This document shows, piece after piece, positions 29,114 to 38,847 of a stretch of DNA of 59,969 nucleotides. The notes beneath the pieces are model-generated. The model saw only the letters and a list, made by a program, of their open reading frames with translations. It was not told the origin of the DNA and made no database searches. Source of the DNA: a virus (Duplodnaviria > Caudoviricetes); the IMG/VR virus record IMGVR_UViG_3300032330_001114, positions 1 to 59,969 of that record; one strand, written 5' to 3'. How positions within the stretch are numbered: the stretch's first letter is position 1; the number at the start of each line of letters is the position of its first letter. A program made the translations under genes and the position numbers.

Positions 29114-30550
29114 CTATCCATAACGGAAAAGTACGAAGTTGTTTGCACCTAAAGTACACACGCAACGCTCAGAAAGGAAGTTGACCTCCATTGCATCCAA
29201 GTCGCTCGTTTGAGCACCACCGGCAGAACCTGTAATCCAAGTTTTATATCTGCGGTCTTCAGCTTCAGAAGCACGGTATCTAACGTGTAAGAATGGTCTC
29301 TTAGCGTTTTTGCCCATGATTTGATCGTAAACTGATGTAGAACCTGCAGGAACTAACAAACCTGTAACGGTACCTGTTGCAGTAGCAAGAGTTGAGTTCA
29401 AACCACCACGCATTGTTGGGTCGTTTAAGTACTTCCAATCAGACTTGTAGAAATCGTAACCTCTACGGAATCCTGTGAAGCCTAAGTTCAACGCCATATT
29501 TACGTCATTGTCGAACAAACCGAAAGAAGCAGACTGAGCAACACCGCCCGAAGTGTAACCATTCAACTGAGCCAACATATTATCTACATCAAAGCTCAAT
29601 CCACGATTACAGAACAATACGTTCTCTTCAATCGCTCCTTGCTTATCCAAACGAGATACGATTGAATCCCAATCAGCAAGAGTTGTAGGAGTACCTGCGC
29701 CCCATACGTTACCACGAGTATTTACAACGTAGAAGATACCTTCAGAACCTTTGTTACCAACGGTTGTGTTAGTAGTCTGAGTTGCAACACCTGAACCGGA
29801 AGCAGCAGGAACAGCTTCAATCATAGCAGTCTCAAGATAATCTTCAAAACGAAGACGAGTCTCGTGCTCTGATTTCAAATACCAAAGGTATCCTGTTGCG
29901 CCATTCTCAGTTGTTACTTCTACCCATCCAATCTGAGCCATATCAGAGCCATTTACAGCGTATTTGTCTTTGATAATAATTGGAGAGTTTGAATAGATAT
30001 CATCTTCTGCTTCTAAAGAACCAACCATCCCGTTTTGTCCTTTTTTAAATTCAGAACCATAGATGAATACAGTACAAACTGTTGACACTGCGAAAGCTTG
30101 GCCACCTGATTCGTAGTAAGCTACAGTGAAAGTTGTTGCACTTGGAACAGCAATAACGATTCCTTTGTTGAAAACACCTGAAGTGTTTGACTGAATCATT
30201 ACAGTTTGACCTACACGAATTGCAATGTAAGTAACACCTGAATCAGCTACTGTGTAAGTTGCTGTAGTAGCAGCCGCAGCTCCTGCAGTTGTACATGAAG
30301 TGTACTTAATGTGAAGACGACCTTGTTCTGCCCATTTGATTTGGTCAGAGTTAGAAGGCATCTCAGCACCTACCATTCTTAAGAATGAAGATACTGTTCT
30401 GTTACCATAACGCTCAAATTCTTTCTCATAAGTATCAGGAAGATACTGATTCAAGAAGTTAAAACTTGTTATGTAGTTTGTTGCTAATGCCACCTGTTCT
30501 GCTGCCGGTTGCAGCGCGAAAGTTGGCGTACTTAATAAATTACCTGCCAT
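29114..30550 (-). CDS. Major capsid protein
   Basis: 478 aa, after portal and scaffold, followed by a terminator, biased codon usage; WAEQGRLH, GSEF.KG, FLSERC motifs. Confidence 0.85.
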   Translation of the reverse strand: MAGNLLSTPTFALQPAAEQVALATNYITSFNFLNQYLPDTYEKEFERYGNRTVSSFLRMVGAEMPSNSDQIKWAEQGRLHIKYTSCTTAGAAAATTATYTVADSGVTYIAIRVGQTVMIQSNTSGVFNKGIVIAVPSATTFTVAYYESGGQAFAVSTVCTVFIYGSEFKKGQNGMVGSLEAEDDIYSNSPIIIKDKYAVNGSDMAQIGWVEVTTENGATGYLWYLKSEHETRLRFEDYLETAMIEAVPAASGSGVATQTTNTTVGNKGSEGIFYVVNTRGNVWGAGTPTTLADWDSIVSRLDKQGAIEENVLFCNRGLSFDVDNMLAQLNGYTSGGVAQSASFGLFDNDVNMALNLGFTGFRRGYDFYKSDWKYLNDPTMRGGLNSTLATATGTVTGLLVPAGSTSVYDQIMGKNAKRPFLHVRYRASEAEDRRYKTWITGSAGGAQTSDLDAMEVNFLSERCVCTLGANNFVLFRYG

Positions 30551-30572
30551 TTTCTTTAATTTTTAAATGTTT

Positions 30573-31700
30573 TTAAATACGTTTTATACTGCGGATTTTC
30601 AGGCTTTTACCTGAATCGGGGTTTACCGCCCTCACCTGCACTCCATCAGAAGACTTAGTAATTTCAGGTGCTCTGCGCTCAGACATGTTTATATTCTTTG
30701 TCTTACGCATTACATCATCAGTAGCATCAGCCATTCCTTGCTCGTAAAAATACTTTGCAAACTTATCGGGATGCATCGCAATAGCTAAAGACTTATGGTA
30801 TCCTGTTGCGTCTTTCATCAGTCCATTCTCGTCTAAGAATCTATTAATGAAACTTGCAGGGTTAGATTGAACTTTCTTTAACTCAGTGGCATCTCCCGGA
30901 GAGAACGAAAATGACTTGTCATTTATTTTGAACTCAAAACCTTTGAACTCATTACTAAATACGTCATTCGTCTTTTGGTCAAACCAACTGCGCTTACGTT
31001 CATTTTCTTCTTGAACCGTCTTAGCTTGCTTTATGTATTGTTTATAAGACTCATACTCTTCTTTCTCTGCCTCAGGAACAAATCCCGCACTTGACTCAAG
31101 GGGTATTTTGTACTTTTCCTTCTGCTCGTTAAAGAATTTCTTTGCCTCAGCTACAATCTTTTTCTTTGCAATTTTAACCTTCTTTATAGTTGACTCATCA
31201 TCAATATCTTCGTCATATCTATAATCATCCATCAGCGTTTCGATATCATCTTCATCAAGACCTTGCTGTGTAGATGAGAGGTACTCTTTTAATAATTGGT
31301 CTGAATCAACTGTTTCATAATCCTTCTTTAATTTAAGGAAATCCTCAAATCCCCTTCCTGTTTCTTTCTTATATTTCATATAAGCAGCTACATCTTCGGG
31401 CAAAGGCTCAGACTCTTGTCTTTCAGCAACTAAATCATCAAAAGAGTTTATTTGCTTGTTATATCTCTTGCCAATATATGAAAGAACTTTTTGTTCATCT
31501 AAATCATCTTCTTCTACTTTCTTTTCTTCTAATACCGGTTCTAATATTTCTCTTTCCGGTTCAGGTTTATTAGTAGAAGATAAGTCTAATTTAATGACTC
31601 CATTTACTTCCTCTTCGTGTTTTTTGAGCAACTCTTCTTCTACTTGAGCAACTCCTTTTTCTTCTCCTCCGCCTAATACTTTTACTGATTTAAATTCCAT
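30573..31700 (-). CDS. Capsid scaffolding-like protein
   Basis: Very acidic, helical; between portal and capsid. Confidence 0.7.
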   Translation of the reverse strand: MEFKSVKVLGGGEEKGVAQVEEELLKKHEEEVNGVIKLDLSSTNKPEPEREILEPVLEEKKVEEDDLDEQKVLSYIGKRYNKQINSFDDLVAERQESEPLPEDVAAYMKYKKETGRGFEDFLKLKKDYETVDSDQLLKEYLSSTQQGLDEDDIETLMDDYRYDEDIDDESTIKKVKIAKKKIVAEAKKFFNEQKEKYKIPLESSAGFVPEAEKEEYESYKQYIKQAKTVQEENERKRSWFDQKTNDVFSNEFKGFEFKINDKSFSFSPGDATELKKVQSNPASFINRFLDENGLMKDATGYHKSLAIAMHPDKFAKYFYEQGMADATDDVMRKTKNINMSERRAPEITKSSDGVQVRAVNPDSGKSLKIRSIKRI

Positions 31701-31721
31701 TTGATTAAATTTTATTTGTTA

Positions 31722-31729
31722 CAAAATTA
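31722..31729 (-). promoter_or_regulatory. Bacteroidota -7 element TAATTTTG
   Basis: Intergenic, upstream of scaffold/capsid genes. Confidence 0.55.
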
Positions 31730-31748
31730 TATTAAATATTTGACTTTT

Positions 31749-34184
31749 TTAACGAGGCTCAAACTCGCCCATATCAAATCCATCTAAGCTATCTTCATTC
31801 GACTCAAAGTTTAATGGAGGAAGATTATTTTTCCTTTGATCTATTAACTTTGATTGCTGAGTATTCTGTATGCTTATTCTCTTATTCTTTTCGTCCTCTT
31901 TCATTTTATCTCTCTGAGATATTTTACCTATCTCCATGTCATGCAATTGAAGATTATAATTAAATTCCTCTGCCATCAACTGAGACTTAAACTGCATTTC
32001 TTGTTGAAGCTTCTGTATCTCATATTGAACCTCTGCTTGTTTAATTTTTATCTTCGAATTGGTCTCTGCTTCTATTTTCATCATAGCTGTTTGAGCCGCC
32101 ATTTGCTGAGATTGCATTTGTTGCTGAGCAACCATGGATTGCTTTTGCATTTCCATCTTGTCAGCATTATCTTGCTTCTTAACTCTTTTCATCTTCAAAA
32201 GCTGATTGGCGAGTTTAAGATTTTTAATCTCCCTTATGTCAATAGCATCCTCAAGATTAATGTCTCCCTTTGATAATGCCATTTGGATATTTGCTTCAAG
32301 CTGTGCTTTTTGTTCTTCATCGGGAGATACCTCAATGAATATACCAAAATCGTAAATGTATAAATCCGATATGTCATTTAGTATAGATACATTGTATTTG
32401 CCAATTTTATTTACAAAGTCATCTTTAAAATCAGCATACTCAAGAATATCTGCAACTCTATATGTCAAAGCTTCTGCCATAGTTCTATATACAAATAAAC
32501 TTCCATCAAGAATATGTCTTGTTGCTGTATTTGAATTAAGTGCAGCCAATTTCTGTAGACCAACTAATGAATCAGGGTCAGGCATTGAGCCATCCCTAGC
32601 TTCATTTAATCCGGTTACAGACCTAATCATATCCATGTAATGATTATAGTTGGCTATAAGCATTTGAGTTTTACTTGCGCCTGAATTAGACGTCAACTGC
32701 GTAATAGGAACTCTTGCATTATTAAACTCTCCATCTTGAGTATAACTACGCCCAATAACACTACCTGTTTGGAAGTATAATCTAAGTGCATCTTCAGGAT
32801 TATAAGCATTGCCTGTTCCTAAGTCAACCTCATTCAATCCATCTGCATCTATAAATACACCATCAGGGACAACACGAGCAATTACTTGCTGAAGTTTTAA
32901 ATGGGTAATTTGAATTAAATCAGCAAATGGTATCATTCTTCTTACTAATGACTCAATAACCCCTTTATACATACGTGGAGCACAAGCAACGTAATTTGGA
33001 ATTGCATGTTGAGATGCAGATTTTGGACGAACCATATTTTGGGACAATTCCCATTTAAGCAATATGTTTGTTCCCATTACCATAATCCCCTCATACCACA
33101 CATCAATAGTCTTCTCCATTTTCTCAAAGTTGCCCTCCTCCATCATTTCAACAGGAGGATTGAACGTATCGTCTTTCTCAATTACACGAGAACCGCCATT
33201 TTCAAGTATCTTTTTTTTGTAAACAAACTTCTTTGTTGATTTATAATTAAAGTACATCAATGTACAAGTGTCACGATGAAACAGACTATTCTGATAGAAC
33301 TGAGCAACATTGTAGTAATCATACCAACTTTGACTGTACTGAGTTATCTCTTGCAAATCTTCTTTAGTCAATGATTGGTCAATCTTCATCAACTCAGTTA
33401 GCGGCATTGTTTTAATCTCTCCCCAATAGAAACAATCCCTAAAATATGGGTCTTCTGTATAACTATAAACCACATTTGCAGGGTCCACATAAGAAACCTT
33501 TACTCCTGAGCCGGGAAGGAACTCGTGTTTAACAATAGCTATGCCTATAACAGTCATGTCATAGTCAAGGCGCTTGCGTATATCTTGGTAGTGGTTTTCG
33601 TCAAATATTGTATTGATAGCTTCTTCTTCAGCAATCTCTATTGCAGGTTTATAATTAAGCTGCATATACAGGCTTAACTCTTCATCAGTATTTGGTAACT
33701 CTTCAGGATCCATTGTAAAGCCATTAAAACCTGTCTTTTCTTTTACAAGAGTTAATATGTCTTTTGATACCATCTGAGTTTCAATCATGTCCTGATACTT
33801 GCTTCTCTTTGCCTGAGACATAGCATCTTGAGCATACGCCTTTACTTTAAACAATCTATCAGACATTCCATTAACAACGATATCAACAAACTTAGGGATT
33901 ATGGGAACAGGAGTCCAGTCTAAATTGAGATAAGATAAATCTCCGTCAATAGCTAATTCATTTTTGTATTTAGCAATAGACTGCTCCCCTCTTGCATATA
34001 ATCTAACCTTATGGAAGTCTCTCCATTGTGCATAATACCTACATGAATTACTGTCTTTTCTAAACCATTCATATTGGATTGCTTGTCCTACTTGAAGTCC
34101 AAATTCTTGTGATGCCTTTTCAGCATCAGAAGCTAATTGACTTGGAAATGTTGTAGATTTTATGTCTATTACTATATTTTTCAT
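31749..34184 (-). CDS. Portal protein
   Basis: 811 aa after terminase; WTPVPIIPKFVDIVVNG, TGLNEARDG, Q-rich C-terminal coiled coil. Confidence 0.9.
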   Translation of the reverse strand: MKNIVIDIKSTTFPSQLASDAEKASQEFGLQVGQAIQYEWFRKDSNSCRYYAQWRDFHKVRLYARGEQSIAKYKNELAIDGDLSYLNLDWTPVPIIPKFVDIVVNGMSDRLFKVKAYAQDAMSQAKRSKYQDMIETQMVSKDILTLVKEKTGFNGFTMDPEELPNTDEELSLYMQLNYKPAIEIAEEEAINTIFDENHYQDIRKRLDYDMTVIGIAIVKHEFLPGSGVKVSYVDPANVVYSYTEDPYFRDCFYWGEIKTMPLTELMKIDQSLTKEDLQEITQYSQSWYDYYNVAQFYQNSLFHRDTCTLMYFNYKSTKKFVYKKKILENGGSRVIEKDDTFNPPVEMMEEGNFEKMEKTIDVWYEGIMVMGTNILLKWELSQNMVRPKSASQHAIPNYVACAPRMYKGVIESLVRRMIPFADLIQITHLKLQQVIARVVPDGVFIDADGLNEVDLGTGNAYNPEDALRLYFQTGSVIGRSYTQDGEFNNARVPITQLTSNSGASKTQMLIANYNHYMDMIRSVTGLNEARDGSMPDPDSLVGLQKLAALNSNTATRHILDGSLFVYRTMAEALTYRVADILEYADFKDDFVNKIGKYNVSILNDISDLYIYDFGIFIEVSPDEEQKAQLEANIQMALSKGDINLEDAIDIREIKNLKLANQLLKMKRVKKQDNADKMEMQKQSMVAQQQMQSQQMAAQTAMMKIEAETNSKIKIKQAEVQYEIQKLQQEMQFKSQLMAEEFNYNLQLHDMEIGKISQRDKMKEDEKNKRISIQNTQQSKLIDQRKNNLPPLNFESNEDSLDGFDMGEFEPR

Positions 34185-36427
34185 CTAATCAATTGACTTA
34201 TGTTTCCATCATTGCTATACCTTGCGAAGTTAATACTAATTTTTGACTCTTTTTTTTCAGGCATATACATATGTTTTTGATTTGCCATGATGGCCAATCC
34301 TGAACTTATACACGCATCAAATCGAGTTCTATCGTTAATATCAAACTTTGCCCAATCTTCTAATGTTCTTGTGAATGGCATTGTGCCCATTTCATCTTGA
34401 GGTCTATACATTCCCGTAAAGTCCATTCCTACAAACTTTTCTATGTACGACTCTATTGCTGCAGCATGAACTTGCTTGACATCTTCAGAAGAGTTTGGTA
34501 TCCCTCCAAGCTCTCTCTCTGTAGCATTGAGTTTATTGTACTGCTTGTCAGGCCTATTCAAACAGAATCCTCTGTATCCTCTATTCTTAAAGTGATACAA
34601 AAGCCTTGGTTTGTTGTTCTCTATAAGTATTGGCATCCCAAAGAATACACAAGCCATAAGCACCTCCTCAAAGAATATCTCAGCCGTTTGAGGACGTGCT
34701 ATATACTCTAAAAAGAATTGATTGGTTGGTGCGTCATCCATATGGAACTTAGTCATACCATGCAACGCTCCATTTGATCCTCTTCCTCCTACAACTGCAG
34801 ATATATCATAAGAGTCACACCCAAAAGACCCAATATGCTCATTGCCCGGATACTTAATGCCATTTCTATCGTGCACATTATTCTGAAGATGCTTGGCAGG
34901 AGTCCAACTAACTAAAAATCTTCCTCTGTTATCAGGAGACCAAATAACTTGCGTATCCTTTATTCCATCCTTCCAATAAAATGTTCCACGAGTCAAGTAG
35001 TGTGCTTGAATCATAGAATCATTATAGTCAATCTGTTGGTAAATCTTTGTAAGATTAAAAAGAGATTGCTTGCTCTCATCCCTAAACGCATGAGACTCTG
35101 TTCTTGGGAACTGACGATAAAATTCATTGAGCGCGTCTGCATCATTTTTCAAAGAATCAACCTCTGCCTCCCAATAATCTATCGCTCCGTTTCTAATCCA
35201 ACCGCCATCAACGCCCTTAATGTCTACAGCAGGCTTCTTGAATACAGGCATTCCGTACAAGTCTATAAATCCCTCCATATTCCACTCCATGGGGATAAAC
35301 AAAGCGTATAACCCACTCTTTGTCTGCCCATTTGCATTACGACTTGCAACTCGAGAGTCTTCATATATGTCTTTGAAGTTCTGACCGCCCTTATTCAATG
35401 CATTTGATGTAGAACCCATCATACATTTGCCAATTATCTTACTACCTAAACGCAAACATGTCTTAGTAACACGCCAATTCTCCTTTATATTCTGAGGCTT
35501 GGTCCACTTTCCACTCTCGTCATGAGCCAAAAATAGCAGTTTCTCTCCATCATATGAGTTATCCTCTGTATTTTTCCAATCTATTGTTGTATCCAATCCT
35601 TTTATATCCTCAGTTTCTATGTCATACATGTTTTTCTTGGTAATCTTAGCTGCAGGAACCCTAAATGCCAACTCGGTTTTAGGCTTATCCATACCATCCA
35701 TGATTGGCTTGAAGAAGAATGGCAGTCTGCTATTGATTGGAACGACCTTATCTGTAAACATTTTCTTTGCATCGGAACCTGTTTTAGACAACATACCAAC
35801 ACGAGCATCACTTGCAAGCGTTCCTATGTTAATACACTCTGAAGACGCCATAAATGAGAAGCCTGAACGCCTTATCTTAAGGTATATCATTCCAAAAGAC
35901 CTTGTATCTGCCTTACACGCCTCCCAAAACAACCAATATATCCTATTGGCCTCTCTAAAATCAGGATAGCCAACATCTATACTTGCCCACTGAAGATAAA
36001 TCCAATGAGACCCGGTTATATAAGTAGGCTTGCCATTATTCATGAACCAAAAACCTTCTTCTCTATAATCAAATTGCTTCTCGATATAATCTACCCAATG
36101 GTCTTTAAATTGAGCAGGCTTTTCGTTCCAATGAAATATTGATTGAATCTTAGCAAGTTCTTTCGGGTAATCTTCTCTTTGCCAATATTGCTCAGATTTC
36201 TTGTCGCTTCTTTTCTTACAATCCTTAGGCGCAAGTGGAAGTGCTACATTTAATCCTGAAATGTTATATACTTCTCCTATTTGCCCTGTCTTTGATATAA
36301 CAACCATGTCATACTTTGGGTCATATCCATACTCCCATTTACTCGACTTGTTCTTTGTTGAAAGAACAGACGATGGTATGAAGTTATCCAATACCCTGTA
36401 TAAATTATTTTGACCTTCTTTCTGCAA
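34181..36427 (-). CDS. terL: Terminase large subunit
   Basis: KIRRSGFS Walker A, HDESGK Walker B, MGST, RQFPRT..AF, nuclease GCDSYD and ILIENNK motifs. Confidence 0.9.
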   Translation of the reverse strand: MQKEGQNNLYRVLDNFIPSSVLSTKNKSSKWEYGYDPKYDMVVISKTGQIGEVYNISGLNVALPLAPKDCKKRSDKKSEQYWQREDYPKELAKIQSIFHWNEKPAQFKDHWVDYIEKQFDYREEGFWFMNNGKPTYITGSHWIYLQWASIDVGYPDFREANRIYWLFWEACKADTRSFGMIYLKIRRSGFSFMASSECINIGTLASDARVGMLSKTGSDAKKMFTDKVVPINSRLPFFFKPIMDGMDKPKTELAFRVPAAKITKKNMYDIETEDIKGLDTTIDWKNTEDNSYDGEKLLFLAHDESGKWTKPQNIKENWRVTKTCLRLGSKIIGKCMMGSTSNALNKGGQNFKDIYEDSRVASRNANGQTKSGLYALFIPMEWNMEGFIDLYGMPVFKKPAVDIKGVDGGWIRNGAIDYWEAEVDSLKNDADALNEFYRQFPRTESHAFRDESKQSLFNLTKIYQQIDYNDSMIQAHYLTRGTFYWKDGIKDTQVIWSPDNRGRFLVSWTPAKHLQNNVHDRNGIKYPGNEHIGSFGCDSYDISAVVGGRGSNGALHGMTKFHMDDAPTNQFFLEYIARPQTAEIFFEEVLMACVFFGMPILIENNKPRLLYHFKNRGYRGFCLNRPDKQYNKLNATERELGGIPNSSEDVKQVHAAAIESYIEKFVGMDFTGMYRPQDEMGTMPFTRTLEDWAKFDINDRTRFDACISSGLAIMANQKHMYMPEKKESKISINFARYSNDGNISQLIR

Positions 36428-36695
36428 ATCCTTGTTTTGTTTCGGTTTTACTAATGCCTTTATCTTCTGCGTCTATGTTTTCTCTTTCCATTTCTATTCT
36501 ATTCAATATTTCAAATGCGTCAAATATGGCTAATTTCTTTGTAGCTGCAGCATTCTTTAATTTATCTGCAGCCAAATCGTTTCCATCGTCATCAGGTTTC
36601 AATATTGAATCCTCAGCAACTTTAATTAATTCTTGAACAGCCTTATGTCCTGCCTCTATAATTCTTAATTTAATTTGTTTGGTATCTTTCATCAC
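36405..36695 (-). CDS. Possible terminase small subunit
   Basis: 96-aa helical protein overlapping the terL start. Confidence 0.5.
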   Translation of the reverse strand: MMKDTKQIKLRIIEAGHKAVQELIKVAEDSILKPDDDGNDLAADKLKNAAATKKLAIFDAFEILNRIEMERENIDAEDKGISKTETKQGFAERRSK

Positions 36696-37255
36696 AATTT
36701 GATTGTTATTTGATTGTCATACATTCTATACAATTTCTCTCCATCAACCTCAAATAAATATTCGCTATCAGGAGCAAAGCACACCATATCTCCGGCATTA
36801 ATACCTTGACTTATTAGATACTCATTTGGGTATTTCATCACTGCCATAAGCGGTTCATTGCTAAAAGGCTTCTTAATGTATGAGTCGATTGCAGGTATAG
36901 GCTTTACAAAACAATACCTATCGTATGCGTTCCATGTGGAACCTTTTTTGTAGAGGAAAAACTGATCTGTTTCTATGAAGAAACTATCATCGCGAAAGAA
37001 GCTTCTGCCACTTTTTTGACGACCCCTCATGTCGTTATAATACTTGAAAACATTGTGATGCACAAGAAGAATGTCTCCGGGTGCAATAGGACCCTTGTAG
37101 CCTAATGGCAACTCAACGACTTCAGCATATCTGTTAGAAAACTGATGGTCTTCTTCAGATGTGCTCACAATAAAATCAATGCCTCCTATCTCCCTTGTGT
37201 TGTCGTATCGTTTTCCATTTACCGGCTTCGCTATGAAGTAGAATGGTGAACGCAT
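36692..37255 (-). CDS. GroES-like co-chaperonin, tandem-domain type
   Basis: Loop EIGGIDFIVS, AEVVELP..IAPGDILLVHH and second GINAGDMVCF..EYLFEVDGEKLYRM GroES-like barrels. Confidence 0.6.
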   Translation of the reverse strand: MRSPFYFIAKPVNGKRYDNTREIGGIDFIVSTSEEDHQFSNRYAEVVELPLGYKGPIAPGDILLVHHNVFKYYNDMRGRQKSGRSFFRDDSFFIETDQFFLYKKGSTWNAYDRYCFVKPIPAIDSYIKKPFSNEPLMAVMKYPNEYLISQGINAGDMVCFAPDSEYLFEVDGEKLYRMYDNQITIKL

Positions 37256-37483
37256 TTAGAAATTTATATTATATTCGATTGAAATTGGTATTGCTGAATT
37301 AAACTCTTTCCATAGCACAATCTCCCCTTTCTGATTGATTATGTAAATCAAAACAGACTCAGAGTTTGCACTATATTTTATAAGGTGTATCTCATTAGTA
37401 TCCCCAAGTATTTTCTGCCCTACAAGATAATGCATTGCTCCTCCTTTATAATCAGGTCCTATCGATATTTTTCTAATGTCCAT
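37256..37483 (-). CDS. Conserved hypothetical protein
   Basis: IRKISIGPDYK..AMHY.VGQ; coupled in operon. Confidence 0.75.
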   Translation of the reverse strand: MDIRKISIGPDYKGGAMHYLVGQKILGDTNEIHLIKYSANSESVLIYIINQKGEIVLWKEFNSAIPISIEYNINF

Positions 37484-37893
37484 TATTGATAAACTCTTAT
37501 TTCGATTGAATAGTTTGCAAGTTGACCATCTCCATACAAAGATAAAATGACAGCAACTCCCGAACCCATAGACGTACTCACGTATGGACTGTTTTGAGAT
37601 AGAAATACAGTTTTATTAATATTAAATAATGCTGAATAACCTTTATATATTCCTTCATCATCGTAGGTCCAATAAATATTCCCAATAGTATTCTCAAGAA
37701 CTATAGCAGTTGGAGGATTTGTTCCTGATTGAGTTAATAATGCTACGTAAACATTATAAGGCTTTACAAAATCAGATACTTCCTGAACGCTAAAGTTTTT
37801 TGTATCATTATTATTATTAGAATCTGTTCCAATCAATTTATCTGCACCTGCTATAGGAGACGCTGCTAAATTATATGTTTCTATTCTTGCCAT
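37483..37893 (-). CDS. Short tail-fibre-related protein (MARIETY paralog 1)
   Basis: Shares N-terminal module and VY.ALLTQ..VL.NTIGN..WTY..IEIRVY domain with 37904-38545. Confidence 0.7.
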   Translation of the reverse strand: MARIETYNLAASPIAGADKLIGTDSNNNNDTKNFSVQEVSDFVKPYNVYVALLTQSGTNPPTAIVLENTIGNIYWTYDDEGIYKGYSALFNINKTVFLSQNSPYVSTSMGSGVAVILSLYGDGQLANYSIEIRVYQ

Positions 37894-37903
37894 TGTTATA
37901 TAT

Positions 37904-38545
37904 TTAATTGTATACTCTTATTTCTATTGGTGTACCTGCTAATAATCCATCAGTCCAAGTGTTTGAAAAATTTGCTACTTCTATATAAATATAAGTTCCT
38001 TGAACATCAGGATATATCTTATTTATATCATTAATATTAGTTGGAGTTACAAATACTACAGTTTTATTATAATTAAAAATAGAATCATCAGCATTGCATT
38101 TATAAAAACCTACGCTATCATAAGTCCACCACACATTCCCAATAGTATTCTGAAGAACTGTTACTACAGGAGCTCCTGTGTTATAATTAAGTTCGCTATT
38201 ACTCCCCCAACTAATTGGCGTAGTTCCTGTAGCTACAAAAGATGTACCTATATTATTATTAGGCGCTCCTACATTTGTCCAATTAGCAAGATTATCATCA
38301 TTAGTAGTAATTGTATATGTAACACCTAATATTAAATCTCCATTTGATGTATATTGGTCGCTACTTCCCCCATTCTGTGTTAATAAAGCTGTATACACTT
38401 TATACGGACCTAACCCTACAAAATCAGATATCTCTTGAATAGTAAAGTTTTTTGTCTCATTATTATTGGCTGAATCTGTGCCAATTAACTTGTCTGCTCC
38501 TGATATGGGAGAAGCGGCTCTTACGTATGTTTCTATTCTTGCCAT
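37904..38545 (-). CDS. Short tail-fibre-related protein (MARIETY paralog 2)
   Basis: Paralog of neighbour with an internal insertion. Confidence 0.7.
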   Translation of the reverse strand: MARIETYVRAASPISGADKLIGTDSANNNETKNFTIQEISDFVGLGPYKVYTALLTQNGGSSDQYTSNGDLILGVTYTITTNDDNLANWTNVGAPNNNIGTSFVATGTTPISWGSNSELNYNTGAPVVTVLQNTIGNVWWTYDSVGFYKCNADDSIFNYNKTVVFVTPTNINDINKIYPDVQGTYIYIEVANFSNTWTDGLLAGTPIEIRVYN

Positions 38546-38551
38546 TGTTAT

Positions 38552-38830
38552 TTAAATTAAGATTAATCCTAAAGTTGTTGATACGTAATCCCAAATAACA
38601 TCGTCATCTGTTCCCCATTGCTGAATAATATTAGAAGGTATATCCAAATTGTTGACTACATAATCTACAGCAGCTTCAGGTTCCCCTTCCATTGCTATAA
38701 GTTTGTATGTAACTTTTCCTGCTCCATTATCAAAATGGTAATCAAAAAAATCAGCCAATGCTAAATATGTCAAAGACTTTTCTCCTTGAGGGGTCCATAT
38801 TGATATTGGTTGTATAGGTCTTACGTTCAT
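38552..38830 (-). CDS. Hypothetical protein, possible fibre assembly chaperone
   Basis: IQPISIW...WGTDDDVIWDYV..LGL; directly after fibre gene. Confidence 0.6.
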   Translation of the reverse strand: MNVRPIQPISIWTPQGEKSLTYLALADFFDYHFDNGAGKVTYKLIAMEGEPEAAVDYVVNNLDIPSNIIQQWGTDDDVIWDYVSTTLGLILI

Positions 38831-38847
38831 CTTATATATAGTTTTTA

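Noticed and set aside
37483-38545. Diversity-generating retroelement TR/VR pair
   Set aside because: The similarity is ordinary paralogy, differences are not adenine-specific, and no reverse transcriptase is present in the window
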